DNA of 64,000 nucleotides, taken from positions 5,110 through 69,109 of the forward strand of contig CAZDPC010000001.1 in assembly GCA_964507205.1 (NCBI GenBank), in the 5' to 3' direction. Numbering within the stretch: position 1 is the first letter of the stretch; every line of letters starts with the position of its first letter. This document shows positions 48,557-57,618 of this stretch, in pieces. This DNA comes from an uncultured Akkermansia sp. (GTDB lineage: Bacteria > Verrucomicrobiota > Verrucomicrobiia > Verrucomicrobiales > DEV007). A program made the translations under genes and the position numbers. Under the pieces are notes generated by a model. That model saw nothing but the letters and a program-made list of their open reading frames with translations. It made no database searches and was not told the origin of the DNA.

Positions 48557-49990
48557 CTACCGAAGCCTCGTGGCTGCCATATACTCGCCCACCAGTTTTC
48601 GGTCCCAGAAACGACCCGACTTCGGGTTGGCGAATGTGTATCGGTAGAGCCGCACCCGGACGAACTGCGGCGGCACGTCCGGAAAAGGATTGTATCGGAT
48701 CAGCTTCAGCGTCGCCCGGTCGTTTTCGAGAAGCCTCTGCAAGAAACGCTCGAACCAAACCTCGCGCCTCAGCACGCTGATCCCCCCGTCCGTCACCCGG
48801 ACCGCGAGCGGGAGAAACCACATCAACCAGTCGAGTCGCAAATGATAGGGGGCGACCTGTGGCGGACGACGCTCCGGATCGCCTGGCTTTCCCTTGAACT
48901 CGTATTCCCGCCATTCCGTCTCCGCCGAAAGCGAGTCGTCCACGGTTCCTTCGATTATCAGTTCGTGCCGCTCCTTCGTCACGCTACCGAATGCACCGTA
49001 GGCATTGACGATTTTCCAATTGTTCCACGAATAGTTCATCAACTGGCGATCTGAGAGGAGATTTCTGAAAGGCTTGATGCTCAGCCACAGGACGAGGGAA
49101 AGAAGCACCCACTGAACGATTTCCCACGCCATCGGGCGTGGCATGAGTTCCGACGGTGCCCCTGTCGCCCACGTCAGCCAGGCATTCGGCAGTGTCGCGA
49201 AGGCGAGAACGACCGTCAGCCAATTCAGCCAGGAGTAATTTCCGAAGACAATCAGGATTCCCTGATGTGCGATGATGAAAAGCCCCGCCAATCCAGCGAT
49301 CGGCTGCGGAAAGAACAAACCGAACGGAACCACAACCTGGACGAAATGGCTGAAAACGACGCCACCTTTCAGAACACTACGCGGGAGTCGGTGCGAGATC
49401 CGGCTGAACGGATTGGGCATCGGTTGCGTTTCGTGATGGTAGATCAGAGCCGTGAGATCTTTCCATGGACCACCCGCTCGCAGCTTGATGAGACCTGCCC
49501 CGACCTCCACGCGAAAGAGCATCCACTTCAAAAGCAGAACCGGAATCAGCGACGGCACCATTCCCTGCGGACTGAAAAACGCCGCGAAGAATCCCGCCTC
49601 CACCAGCATCGACTCCCACCCGAAGCTGTAGAAACGCTGCCCTACGTTCACGATCGATAGATAGAGAAACGTCAGGACCAACCAGACCACGACCGGCACG
49701 CCGATCGGCGCCGCCCCCAGAGCTCCGATCAGAATCGCGGCCGAAAGAGCGATACCCGTCCAGGCGACCGCCGCGAAGAACCGATCCGAATACCGCCTGT
49801 GAAAAATCGACGGGACATCGGCGAAACTCTTGCCGCGCAAAAAGTCCGGCACCGGCAGCAGTCCCTTTTCTCCAAGGAGCGCCGGGAACTGATTTCTCGC
49901 CACGAGAAATGCGATGAGAAAAATCGCCGCCGTTCCCCGCTCGAAGAGAACGCGCCCAGCCCAGGAATCCGGCGTCGAGAGAAAATCCAT
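48557..49990 (-). CDS. Lipase maturation factor family membrane protein
   Basis: L.GE.GLLP, FYSFGWESMLVEAGF, AGLIKLR, HHETQPMPNP, GNYSWLNWLT, FKGKPG, APYHLRLDWLMWF. Confidence 0.88.
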   Translation of the reverse strand: MDFLSTPDSWAGRVLFERGTAAIFLIAFLVARNQFPALLGEKGLLPVPDFLRGKSFADVPSIFHRRYSDRFFAAVAWTGIALSAAILIGALGAAPIGVPVVVWLVLTFLYLSIVNVGQRFYSFGWESMLVEAGFFAAFFSPQGMVPSLIPVLLLKWMLFRVEVGAGLIKLRAGGPWKDLTALIYHHETQPMPNPFSRISHRLPRSVLKGGVVFSHFVQVVVPFGLFFPQPIAGLAGLFIIAHQGILIVFGNYSWLNWLTVVLAFATLPNAWLTWATGAPSELMPRPMAWEIVQWVLLSLVLWLSIKPFRNLLSDRQLMNYSWNNWKIVNAYGAFGSVTKERHELIIEGTVDDSLSAETEWREYEFKGKPGDPERRPPQVAPYHLRLDWLMWFLPLAVRVTDGGISVLRREVWFERFLQRLLENDRATLKLIRYNPFPDVPPQFVRVRLYRYTFANPKSGRFWDRKLVGEYMAATRLR

Positions 49991-50114
49991 TTCACTTGGT
50001 TACGGACGAGCTTTCCTTTTTCGAGTCAACCCTGTCAGCGCATCCACCCGACGTGGCGAGGACACCCGCGCATGCGGAATTGCGGGAATCGCCCCGCTCG
50101 CTAGCCTCGTCCGT

Positions 50115-52691
50115 ATGCGAAGAACTCTCCCGTGCCTGCTTTTTTTCTCCTCGCTCGCTGCCGGCGAGCGCGAACCGGAGATCGAGACCCTCCAACCGGG
50201 AGTCACTCTGACCGAGGTCGCTTCGCATCCTGCCATCGTGACACCTACTGGGGTCGACGTCGACGAGAAGGGCCGAATCTGGACTGTCGTCAGCCACACC
50301 CATTTCCCACCGGACGACTATGCAGGACCGGAGTTCGACGAGATCAAGATCTTCCGGGAAGATGGCTCTTACGATGTTTTCCACGACGCGACCTACCATA
50401 CCATGGATCTCGAACTCGGGTCCGACGGATGGGTCTATCTCGCCGAACGTGGACGGATTCTTCGGATCAAGGACGGCGACGGCGACGGTCGTGCCGACAA
50501 GGAGGAAGTTCTCGCCGACCTCGACACCCAGGGCGATTATCCTCACAACGGGCTCTCGGGTCTTGCCTGGCATCCCAACGGTGATCTGATCTTCGCTCTG
50601 GGAGAGAATTTCGCTGAACCTTGGACCCTCACTTCGAACGACGGAACGTTCTTTTCTGGTCGCGGAGAAGGTGGCATTTTTCGCTGCCGACCGGATGGCT
50701 CCAAGCTCACCCGTCTCGCCAGGGGAATGTGGAACCCGTTCGGAGTCGTCGCGCGAGATGACGGGGAAATTTTCGCTGTGGAAAACGATCCCGGTGAACG
50801 CCCGCCCTGTCGGCTTCTCCATGTCGTCGCCGGTGCCGACTTCGGATATCAACGAGCCTACGGAAATGACGCGACTCATCCCTTCGTCTGCTGGAACGGG
50901 GAACTGCGCGGCACGCTTCCGATGGTTCATCCCGTCGGCGAAGGACCGTGCGGGGTCGCTGAACTCGGTCGTGGACTGCTGACACCATCGTGGAGCGACC
51001 ATCGTCTCGATTTCATGCCACTGGAGGCTTCGGGGGCGAGTTATAAGGCCAGCCGGATCCAACTGATCGGCGGGAGCCGTTACTTCCGGCCCGTCTGCAT
51101 TGCCGAAGATCCCCGGACGAGCGATTCGTCAAAACGGGTCTGGTTTCTCACCGACTGGGTCGACGGAAACTACAAGCTCCATGGATACGGGCGACTGTGG
51201 AAACTGGAGATCGACCTCGAAGTGGCCGCCGATTGGGTAGGTCCGCTGGGCGAAATCCCCCCTCCCACCGACGAGGCAAAGCTTGCCGAAAAGATTCGAA
51301 ACGGCAATGGCGACCATTCGACGGAAAAACTCCTGACACTCGCACAATCCTCCGACGCCTATCTTTCTTCCGCCGCCCTGGTCGCCCTTTCAGAGAATGC
51401 GGCGACGTGGAAACCGACCACGTTTTCCACGTGGGACGAAGGCGCAAAGCCGTTTGCGGTGGTCGCACTCAAGATCGCGAAAGTCGATCCGGACAACTGG
51501 CTCCCGGAAATTCTCAATGATCCGAATTCCGACGTTCGCTTCGAGGCGCTGCGATGGATTTGCGACGCTCAGCTGGTTGAGTTCCTTCCTGAGGTCGAGA
51601 AACTGCTGCAGAAGGACGACATACCATTCTCGGAATTCGAAGCAGCCGCCGCGGCACGGAATACACTCCGTGGCACCCCTGAACTCGGTGTCCGCGATCC
51701 CGAGATGTTGATCTCCCGCGTAACAGACAGCGACGCCTCCCCCGCTGTCCGCGCTCACGCACTGCGTCTGCTTCCATCGATTCCGCGGGTTGCGAAGGAA
51801 AACGAGTCGGTACCCGAATTCCAATTTCCCGAAGGCCTCACCGTGAAGATTCTCCGCGAACTGCTGGAAACGGGCGATCCCATTCTTTCGCTCGAAGTGA
51901 TCCGCGTTCTCGCCGGCGCGCCGAAGCTCGGACAGGATCTTCTCGCCCGCGTTGCGGAAGACGAAACCCTCGAAGACAATCTCCGCGCCGAAGCGATCGC
52001 CGTACTCGCGTCGATTTCCGAGCCGCACCAGGAACTTCTTCTCCGCCTCGCCGATAGCGAGAATTCGACGATTCGCGAGGAAGCGCTGCGCTGCTTCCGA
52101 GGCAAGGCGCTGAGCGAAGAAGCCAAAAAATCGCTCCAGAAAGTCGCGGAAAATCATCCCGCCGCGGCCGATTCGGTGGGCGCGATTCTCGAGCCCGCCT
52201 CGCTCATGGTCGATCGGCCCGCCCTCACCGACACCGACGCCTGGCTCGCCCGTCTCGATGCCATCCCCGACGAACCCGATCCGGAGAAGGGACGTCGCAT
52301 TTTCTTTCACCGATCACTTGGACTTTGCAGCAATTGCCACCGCCACGATGGTCGTGGAACGCAGGTTGGCCCGGATCTCACGCTGGTTCACAAACGCGAC
52401 GATCGGAAATGGTTGCTCGGTTCCATTCTCGATCCGAATGCCGAGATCGGACCGGAATATCTGCCGCGCTCGATCAAACTGAACGACGGTAGCCAGCATG
52501 TCGGGATCCGGCTCCGGTCCTCGACCCGCGAAGTGATCCGCGATCTCAATGGCCAGAATCAGACCTTCGACCGCGACGATATCGCTTCCATGGAGGAATT
52601 GACGATCTCGTTGATGCCTTCCGGCCTTCCCTTTTCCCTGACCGACCGGGAAGTTCGCGACCTCATCGCGTTTTTGAATTCGAGTCGGTAG
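50115..52691 (+). CDS. PVC-type heme-binding CxxCH protein
   Basis: Signal peptide; HPAIVTPTG, YPHNGLSG, GMWNPFG, HEAT repeats, CSNCH..GPDLT, ISLMPSG. Confidence 0.88.
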   Translation: MRRTLPCLLFFSSLAAGEREPEIETLQPGVTLTEVASHPAIVTPTGVDVDEKGRIWTVVSHTHFPPDDYAGPEFDEIKIFREDGSYDVFHDATYHTMDLELGSDGWVYLAERGRILRIKDGDGDGRADKEEVLADLDTQGDYPHNGLSGLAWHPNGDLIFALGENFAEPWTLTSNDGTFFSGRGEGGIFRCRPDGSKLTRLARGMWNPFGVVARDDGEIFAVENDPGERPPCRLLHVVAGADFGYQRAYGNDATHPFVCWNGELRGTLPMVHPVGEGPCGVAELGRGLLTPSWSDHRLDFMPLEASGASYKASRIQLIGGSRYFRPVCIAEDPRTSDSSKRVWFLTDWVDGNYKLHGYGRLWKLEIDLEVAADWVGPLGEIPPPTDEAKLAEKIRNGNGDHSTEKLLTLAQSSDAYLSSAALVALSENAATWKPTTFSTWDEGAKPFAVVALKIAKVDPDNWLPEILNDPNSDVRFEALRWICDAQLVEFLPEVEKLLQKDDIPFSEFEAAAAARNTLRGTPELGVRDPEMLISRVTDSDASPAVRAHALRLLPSIPRVAKENESVPEFQFPEGLTVKILRELLETGDPILSLEVIRVLAGAPKLGQDLLARVAEDETLEDNLRAEAIAVLASISEPHQELLLRLADSENSTIREEALRCFRGKALSEEAKKSLQKVAENHPAAADSVGAILEPASLMVDRPALTDTDAWLARLDAIPDEPDPEKGRRIFFHRSLGLCSNCHRHDGRGTQVGPDLTLVHKRDDRKWLLGSILDPNAEIGPEYLPRSIKLNDGSQHVGIRLRSSTREVIRDLNGQNQTFDRDDIASMEELTISLMPSGLPFSLTDREVRDLIAFLNSSR

Positions 52692-52734
52692 GGGCGGGAC
52701 GGCGAATCGCGATTTTCGAACTCCAATACACTAG

Positions 52735-52769
52735 AAAACGCCTCACCCCGGAGAACCGGGGGAGGCGTT
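52735..52769 (-). terminator. Intrinsic terminator hairpin between convergent genes
   Basis: AACGCCTC(A)CCCCGG-AGAA-CCGGGGGAGGCGTT with a T-run on the minus strand, downstream of the BON gene. Confidence 0.72.
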
Positions 52770-52806
52770 CCTAATGTTTCCCTGTCAACCAATCGGGAGG
52801 TAGAAA

Positions 52807-54315
52807 TCAGCGAGGAACGTAAAGGCTGTCGTCTGCGCCCGTCGGACGGTAGTGAACATCCACATCGATGTGGGGCCTCCTGGCTCCCGCATCGGCAGCC
52901 AGCTTCAAAAGACTTTGCCATTGAAACCAGGTTCCAACGTGGCCGGTGAAAACGGGAACTCCGTCCATCACCTCGAGTCGAACCTGAAAGTGGGGATCCG
53001 TCTCCATCAGTTTCAGGTCGACCATGATGGATTCTTTGATTTCCTTATCCGACTTCGGCTCCCACTCGCTGGTGACGGCGAGCATGTTGGCAACGTGCAC
53101 CACTCCCGGCTGCATTCCCGCCACATATCCAGCGCGCCGCTTCTCAAAATCGCTATCGACGGCTCCATACAGATGAACATGGGCGTCGCGACTCCGAACG
53201 ATGATCTCCCCTCGGGCAAGGTAGGCGTCGGCGGCAAGCGCTCTTCGAACGTCGGCGGCGATCTCCTTGTCGGTTGGAGTCTCGTCAGGCCACTCGACTT
53301 CGATGTCATTCGTGACGCCCTGGACGCCTACGCTGTTCGTAGCGACCTCTTCGGCAGCTTCTTTCATGGCGACTCGACTGGTCTTCCCTGCCAAAGTCAC
53401 TTCGGCATTCTCGACACCGATGTCGATCTGATCGACAACCGCCGTGAGGAGTGGATGATGTTCCATCGCGGAATGGATCGCCGCATTGATCGAGTCGTCG
53501 GACAGCTTCTCGTAGCGTTGTTTTCGAAGCAGTCCGTCGTTCTTTTTCCAATCGACCTCAAGACCCGTCTCATCGACTTCGGACACCCCTTCCACGGCGA
53601 CCAGATCCACGGCAATTCTTTTCTGGCCCAAACTGGCGACCGATCCCGTCAAGGTCACGACTCCATCCTCCACTTTGGAATCGATCTCGTTTTCGTCGAG
53701 CATTGCCGCATTGTCGAGCAACCCACTGATGATTTCCTGAATCTCCGCGTCGCTGCGTTTCTCCCGCTGCGCGATAGCGAGATTGTTCTCAATTTCACGA
53801 ACTCCCCCTATCGATGCCAGTTTGGCTTCAGCGAGACGCTTCTCGGCAAGGGTATCCACCTTTCCAGCGAGCGTCGCCCTGCCGCCTTCGATTTCGACTT
53901 TGATCTCGCTGGCGTCGAAAGACTCATCGTTGGCCAGGAGTTGGACCGCTTTCTTGGAGAGTTTCTTGTCGGGAACCGCCTCCGTCTCCACCACGATTTG
54001 ATTCACGATGGATTTCACGCCGATCACGTTACTGGCGAGAACCTCCGCTCGACGAGCGGCAACCAAATTGTCGACCTTTCCCGCTAAAGTCACAATCCCG
54101 TCTTCAACGACGGCGGAGATGTCTTTCGACTGCACTTCGTTGGAGCGTAACACTCGGTTCTCGATCGCGAGCATGACCTCGCTGTCGGAGATTCCCCTCT
54201 CGTCGACGGTCTTGTTGTCTTCCTCCTCCGGCGGTGGCTCGTTAGCGAGAATTGATGGACAAATGAGACCCGCTGCGGAAAACAGGATGATGATACGGGG
54301 GACGATCGTTTTCAT
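52807..54315 (-). CDS. Multi-BON-domain periplasmic protein
   Basis: Signal peptide; about six repeats of D..I...V..G.VTL.G.V......A...A....GV..V.N. Confidence 0.9.
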   Translation of the reverse strand: MKTIVPRIIILFSAAGLICPSILANEPPPEEEDNKTVDERGISDSEVMLAIENRVLRSNEVQSKDISAVVEDGIVTLAGKVDNLVAARRAEVLASNVIGVKSIVNQIVVETEAVPDKKLSKKAVQLLANDESFDASEIKVEIEGGRATLAGKVDTLAEKRLAEAKLASIGGVREIENNLAIAQREKRSDAEIQEIISGLLDNAAMLDENEIDSKVEDGVVTLTGSVASLGQKRIAVDLVAVEGVSEVDETGLEVDWKKNDGLLRKQRYEKLSDDSINAAIHSAMEHHPLLTAVVDQIDIGVENAEVTLAGKTSRVAMKEAAEEVATNSVGVQGVTNDIEVEWPDETPTDKEIAADVRRALAADAYLARGEIIVRSRDAHVHLYGAVDSDFEKRRAGYVAGMQPGVVHVANMLAVTSEWEPKSDKEIKESIMVDLKLMETDPHFQVRLEVMDGVPVFTGHVGTWFQWQSLLKLAADAGARRPHIDVDVHYRPTGADDSLYVPR

Positions 54316-54483
54316 GCCCCCTAGTTATAGCAGAATGGATTCCGGACATTGAAACCCGGCGAATTCGCCACTCGACAGGCTATCCGGTCACAATGGCGGG
54401 TCACTGAGCGGCGGACAGTGTTCAATCTGCAAATGTTCGGCAACTCCATTCGTTGCAGAACGCAAAAGAAGCGGGGACCCGGA

Positions 54484-54675
54484 CTATTCTTTCGGCACGA
54501 CCTCGACCGCTCCTCTTATGAGGCGGCAGAACTCTTTCTTCGTCACCGTGTGGTGTGTCCCTCTCTCGTGGTCGGAGGGATCGAGCTTCTTGTAACCGAC
54601 CGAGAGTCGTTCGAGTTGAACCACCCGGTACAGATCCTCGCCTTGCTTCCAAAGTTGGTTCTGGCACAGTTTCAT
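54484..54675 (-). CDS. Small hypothetical protein (63 aa)
   Basis: ATG 3 nt after the methyltransferase stop; globular-looking composition (MKLCQNQLWKQG...TKKEFCRLIRGA). Confidence 0.65.
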   Translation of the reverse strand: MKLCQNQLWKQGEDLYRVVQLERLSVGYKKLDPSDHERGTHHTVTKKEFCRLIRGAVEVVPKE

Positions 54676-54678
54676 AAA

Positions 54679-55353
54679 TCAAAGAGGTCGCTCGCCGACA
54701 TAAATGCGATGGATTGCTTTCTTGGCTCGCTCGTGAGCTTTGATCGTAACACGTTCGGCGCGAAAGCCGTTCTTCCGCAATTTTTTTTCAAAGCCAGGTT
54801 CCTCGCCCGCAGCCCAGAAGGCGACTCGCCCTCCCGGAACCAAAGCCTTGCGAATCATCTCGAATCCGTTCCGTGAATACATCTGCTTGTTCCCCGGCTG
54901 AACGAGCGACGTCGGTCCATTGTCGGTATCGAGGAGAATCGCATTCCAGGGTCGTTCTTTCCCGTCTGCTGCCCGACGAATGCGGTCATACACGTCGCCC
55001 TCGTAGAGTTCCGTTCGGGGGTCGGCCAGAAGCGGTCCGGTAAGCTCCGAGAGAAATTCGCGATTCCAGGAAACCACTTCCGGAAGCAATTCCGCGACGA
55101 CCGCCTCTGCCGAGGGGCCGACCAACTCGAGAACACGTTTGAGACTGAACCCGAGCCCCAGGCCACCTATCAGCACTCGTTCCGACTCGGAGTCGCACGC
55201 GTGATCCGCCAGTTCCCGCTCGGACAATGTCCAAGTGGAACTCATGAGCTGAAGACCGTTCAACTTCAGAAAATAGTCCCCGTCGTGCTCGTGCAGGGAA
55301 AACCTGGAGCCGTCCGGCGTGCGGGTCTCCGCCAATGTGCGGGTCGGTTTCAC
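54679..55353 (-). CDS. Spermidine-synthase-like SAM-dependent methyltransferase
   Basis: QLMSS, VLIGGLGLGFSL, VAEL, ILLDTDNGP; GTGA overlap with the upstream gene. Confidence 0.82.
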   Translation of the reverse strand: MKPTRTLAETRTPDGSRFSLHEHDGDYFLKLNGLQLMSSTWTLSERELADHACDSESERVLIGGLGLGFSLKRVLELVGPSAEAVVAELLPEVVSWNREFLSELTGPLLADPRTELYEGDVYDRIRRAADGKERPWNAILLDTDNGPTSLVQPGNKQMYSRNGFEMIRKALVPGGRVAFWAAGEEPGFEKKLRKNGFRAERVTIKAHERAKKAIHRIYVGERPL

Positions 55354-56663
55354 AGTCGTTTGATTCGGATTCGGCGATATTCCAATTGCCCACGATCACC
55401 CTCGAGACCGATCGGACCGGTCTCCGGCAGTTCCAATTCTTCCTCGAGTACCTCCCCGTTGCAGGTCGCTCTCCCTTTCCCGTCTTTCACCACGACTTCG
55501 AGGTCATTCCAACCGAAGTCGCGGAATTCCTGCAACTCGGTGTAGGGACCGGCCCGGGGAAAGTCGCGGCATTGCAACTGCGGCTGGCGAAGGAACACTC
55601 CACTGTCCGCGTTGGGAGTCGCACGGAACTCGAGGCGAAGAACAAAGTCCTCGGGAAACTCTTGATTCGTCCAGAGTTGCTGGATACGTCTTCCTTCCGT
55701 CGGAGTGGTCACAACCAACCGGCCGTTGATCGCTTGAAAACGACCGTCGCTGCTTTGTTTCTTCCCGTTGAAATCCTCGGGTTCGTCAATGGGGACGAAA
55801 ACGGGCGCATCGGGCCGAGGCTTCTTCGGAGTCTTTCGCGGCGGGGTCGGGCGGAAGCCCCAGCCGGTAAGATCCTCTCCGTTGAACAGGCTCTGGAAGC
55901 CTTCCTCCAACTCGAACGGCTCGGGCGCTTTCTCGATGAATCCGAGAGTCGCGAACACCGGATTCAGAGCTGCGGCCCAGCGCGCGTAACCATCCGGGTT
56001 CAGATGAAGCATGTCCTTGAACCACCTCGGATCGGCATCACCATTCTCCGCGGCAAAAAGCGTCCACGTATCGAGGACGGTTACTTGCGGATACTCCTTC
56101 GCAATGGTGGTGTAGGAACGGTTTACCTGTTCAATCTCTTCTTTCGGTCGACTTTTTTCGGCGGAGCTGGGAAATACGAGGCAGACCACGACCGGCATTT
56201 CGGGGTCATGCTGTTTCAAGGCCTCGAGTATGAGGCGGAAATTCTCCGCGATGTCTTTCGGCTCGATTCCGACCTCGATATCGTTCGTCCCCATCAGGGT
56301 CACGACGGCGGAAGGATCGAGAACGGAAACATCCTCGAACCGTACCAGCATCCCGCGCGTGGTATCACCGCCGATCCCTCGATTGGCGAGCTTCATCTTC
56401 GGAAATAACCCGCGAAACTCCTTTCCCCACCCCTGGGTGATGGAGTCGCCGAGGAAGACGACCGAGCCCAGGTCACCCTTCGCTTCCTCCGCCCACCGCG
56501 CCCGAAACTCGGGCCAACGCTCCTGATAGGGTTCGTAGTCTCTCAGGGGACCAGCTCCGGGCAGCCCCTCATTCGACTCCGGAAACGCATACGGGTCGGC
56601 CGCCTCTCCCCACGAACTCGGCGAGAAAAGCGAAAAGGAGAGAATGACGGCGATACGATACAT
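55350..56663 (-). CDS. SGNH/GDSL esterase fused to DUF1080 domain
   Basis: Signal peptide; FLGDSIT, RGIGGD, GTND, DMLHL; then LFNGEDLTGW, DSGVFLR, GPIGLE, YRRIRI. Confidence 0.87.
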   Translation of the reverse strand: MYRIAVILSFSLFSPSSWGEAADPYAFPESNEGLPGAGPLRDYEPYQERWPEFRARWAEEAKGDLGSVVFLGDSITQGWGKEFRGLFPKMKLANRGIGGDTTRGMLVRFEDVSVLDPSAVVTLMGTNDIEVGIEPKDIAENFRLILEALKQHDPEMPVVVCLVFPSSAEKSRPKEEIEQVNRSYTTIAKEYPQVTVLDTWTLFAAENGDADPRWFKDMLHLNPDGYARWAAALNPVFATLGFIEKAPEPFELEEGFQSLFNGEDLTGWGFRPTPPRKTPKKPRPDAPVFVPIDEPEDFNGKKQSSDGRFQAINGRLVVTTPTEGRRIQQLWTNQEFPEDFVLRLEFRATPNADSGVFLRQPQLQCRDFPRAGPYTELQEFRDFGWNDLEVVVKDGKGRATCNGEVLEEELELPETGPIGLEGDRGQLEYRRIRIKRL

Positions 56664-56765
56664 GATGAGGCGCGAAGCTAGCGGCCTCAGCCTCTATCGG
56701 CAAAGAGAAATGCGCCAAGCTTTCGCCTCGACTATTCCCGAGAAACCGCGCAATCTCCCGCTAGC

Positions 56766-57611
56766 ATGAAAAGACTTTTCCCCTTTCTTCTCGTCGCCAC
56801 CGTCTCGCTCGCCGGGTGGCTTCTCGTTCAGGCTGCTGAGGACAACCAACCCCAAAAGCCCCTACAGGTTCTTCTCGTCATCGGTGGGTGCTGCCACGAA
56901 TACGACATCCAGAAAGATTTGCTGAAAGCCGGAATTGAATCGCGCATCGATGCCGAGGTCACGGTCGAATACAACCCGGATACATCGACCGAGGCGACAT
57001 TCCCCATCTACGAGAAAGACGACTGGGCCAAAGGCTACGATGTCATTCTCCACGACGAATGCTCTGCAAACGTCACCGACCCCAAATATGTCGGACGGAT
57101 CCTGAAAGCTCACGAAGATGGCGTTCCAGCCGTGAACATCCACTGCGCGATGCATAGCTACCGCTGGGGCGAATTCAAGGAGCCTGTCACCGCTGGCGGC
57201 GACAACGCAGGCTGGTACGAAATGCTAGGGCTCCAGTCGACCGGACACGGTCCGAAAACACCGATCGATGTCACCTACACCGACAAGGATCATCCCATCA
57301 CCAAAACCCTCGAAGACTGGACCACGATCGACGAGGAACTTTACAACAACGTGCAGATTTTCGACACCGCTCACCCCGTCGCCAGCGGAAAGCAGATGCA
57401 AATGCCTCGCCAGAAGAAAGGCCAGCCATCCGATCCCAACGCAAAGGCGACCGAAGTTGAAGCGATCGTCGCGTGGACAAACGAGTACGGGCCCAAAAAG
57501 ACGAGAATCTTCAGCACGACGCTGGGGCATCAAAGCGAAACCGTCGCCGACGACCGCTATCTTGATCTAGTGACACGGGGACTACTCTGGGCGACCGGAA
57601 ATCTGAAGTGA
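56766..57611 (+). CDS. ThuA (trehalose utilisation) domain protein, secreted
   Basis: VLLVIGGCCHEY, IHCAMH, HPIT, EELY, RIFSTTLGH. Confidence 0.85.
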   Translation: MKRLFPFLLVATVSLAGWLLVQAAEDNQPQKPLQVLLVIGGCCHEYDIQKDLLKAGIESRIDAEVTVEYNPDTSTEATFPIYEKDDWAKGYDVILHDECSANVTDPKYVGRILKAHEDGVPAVNIHCAMHSYRWGEFKEPVTAGGDNAGWYEMLGLQSTGHGPKTPIDVTYTDKDHPITKTLEDWTTIDEELYNNVQIFDTAHPVASGKQMQMPRQKKGQPSDPNAKATEVEAIVAWTNEYGPKKTRIFSTTLGHQSETVADDRYLDLVTRGLLWATGNLK

Positions 57612-57618
57612 GTCTCTG

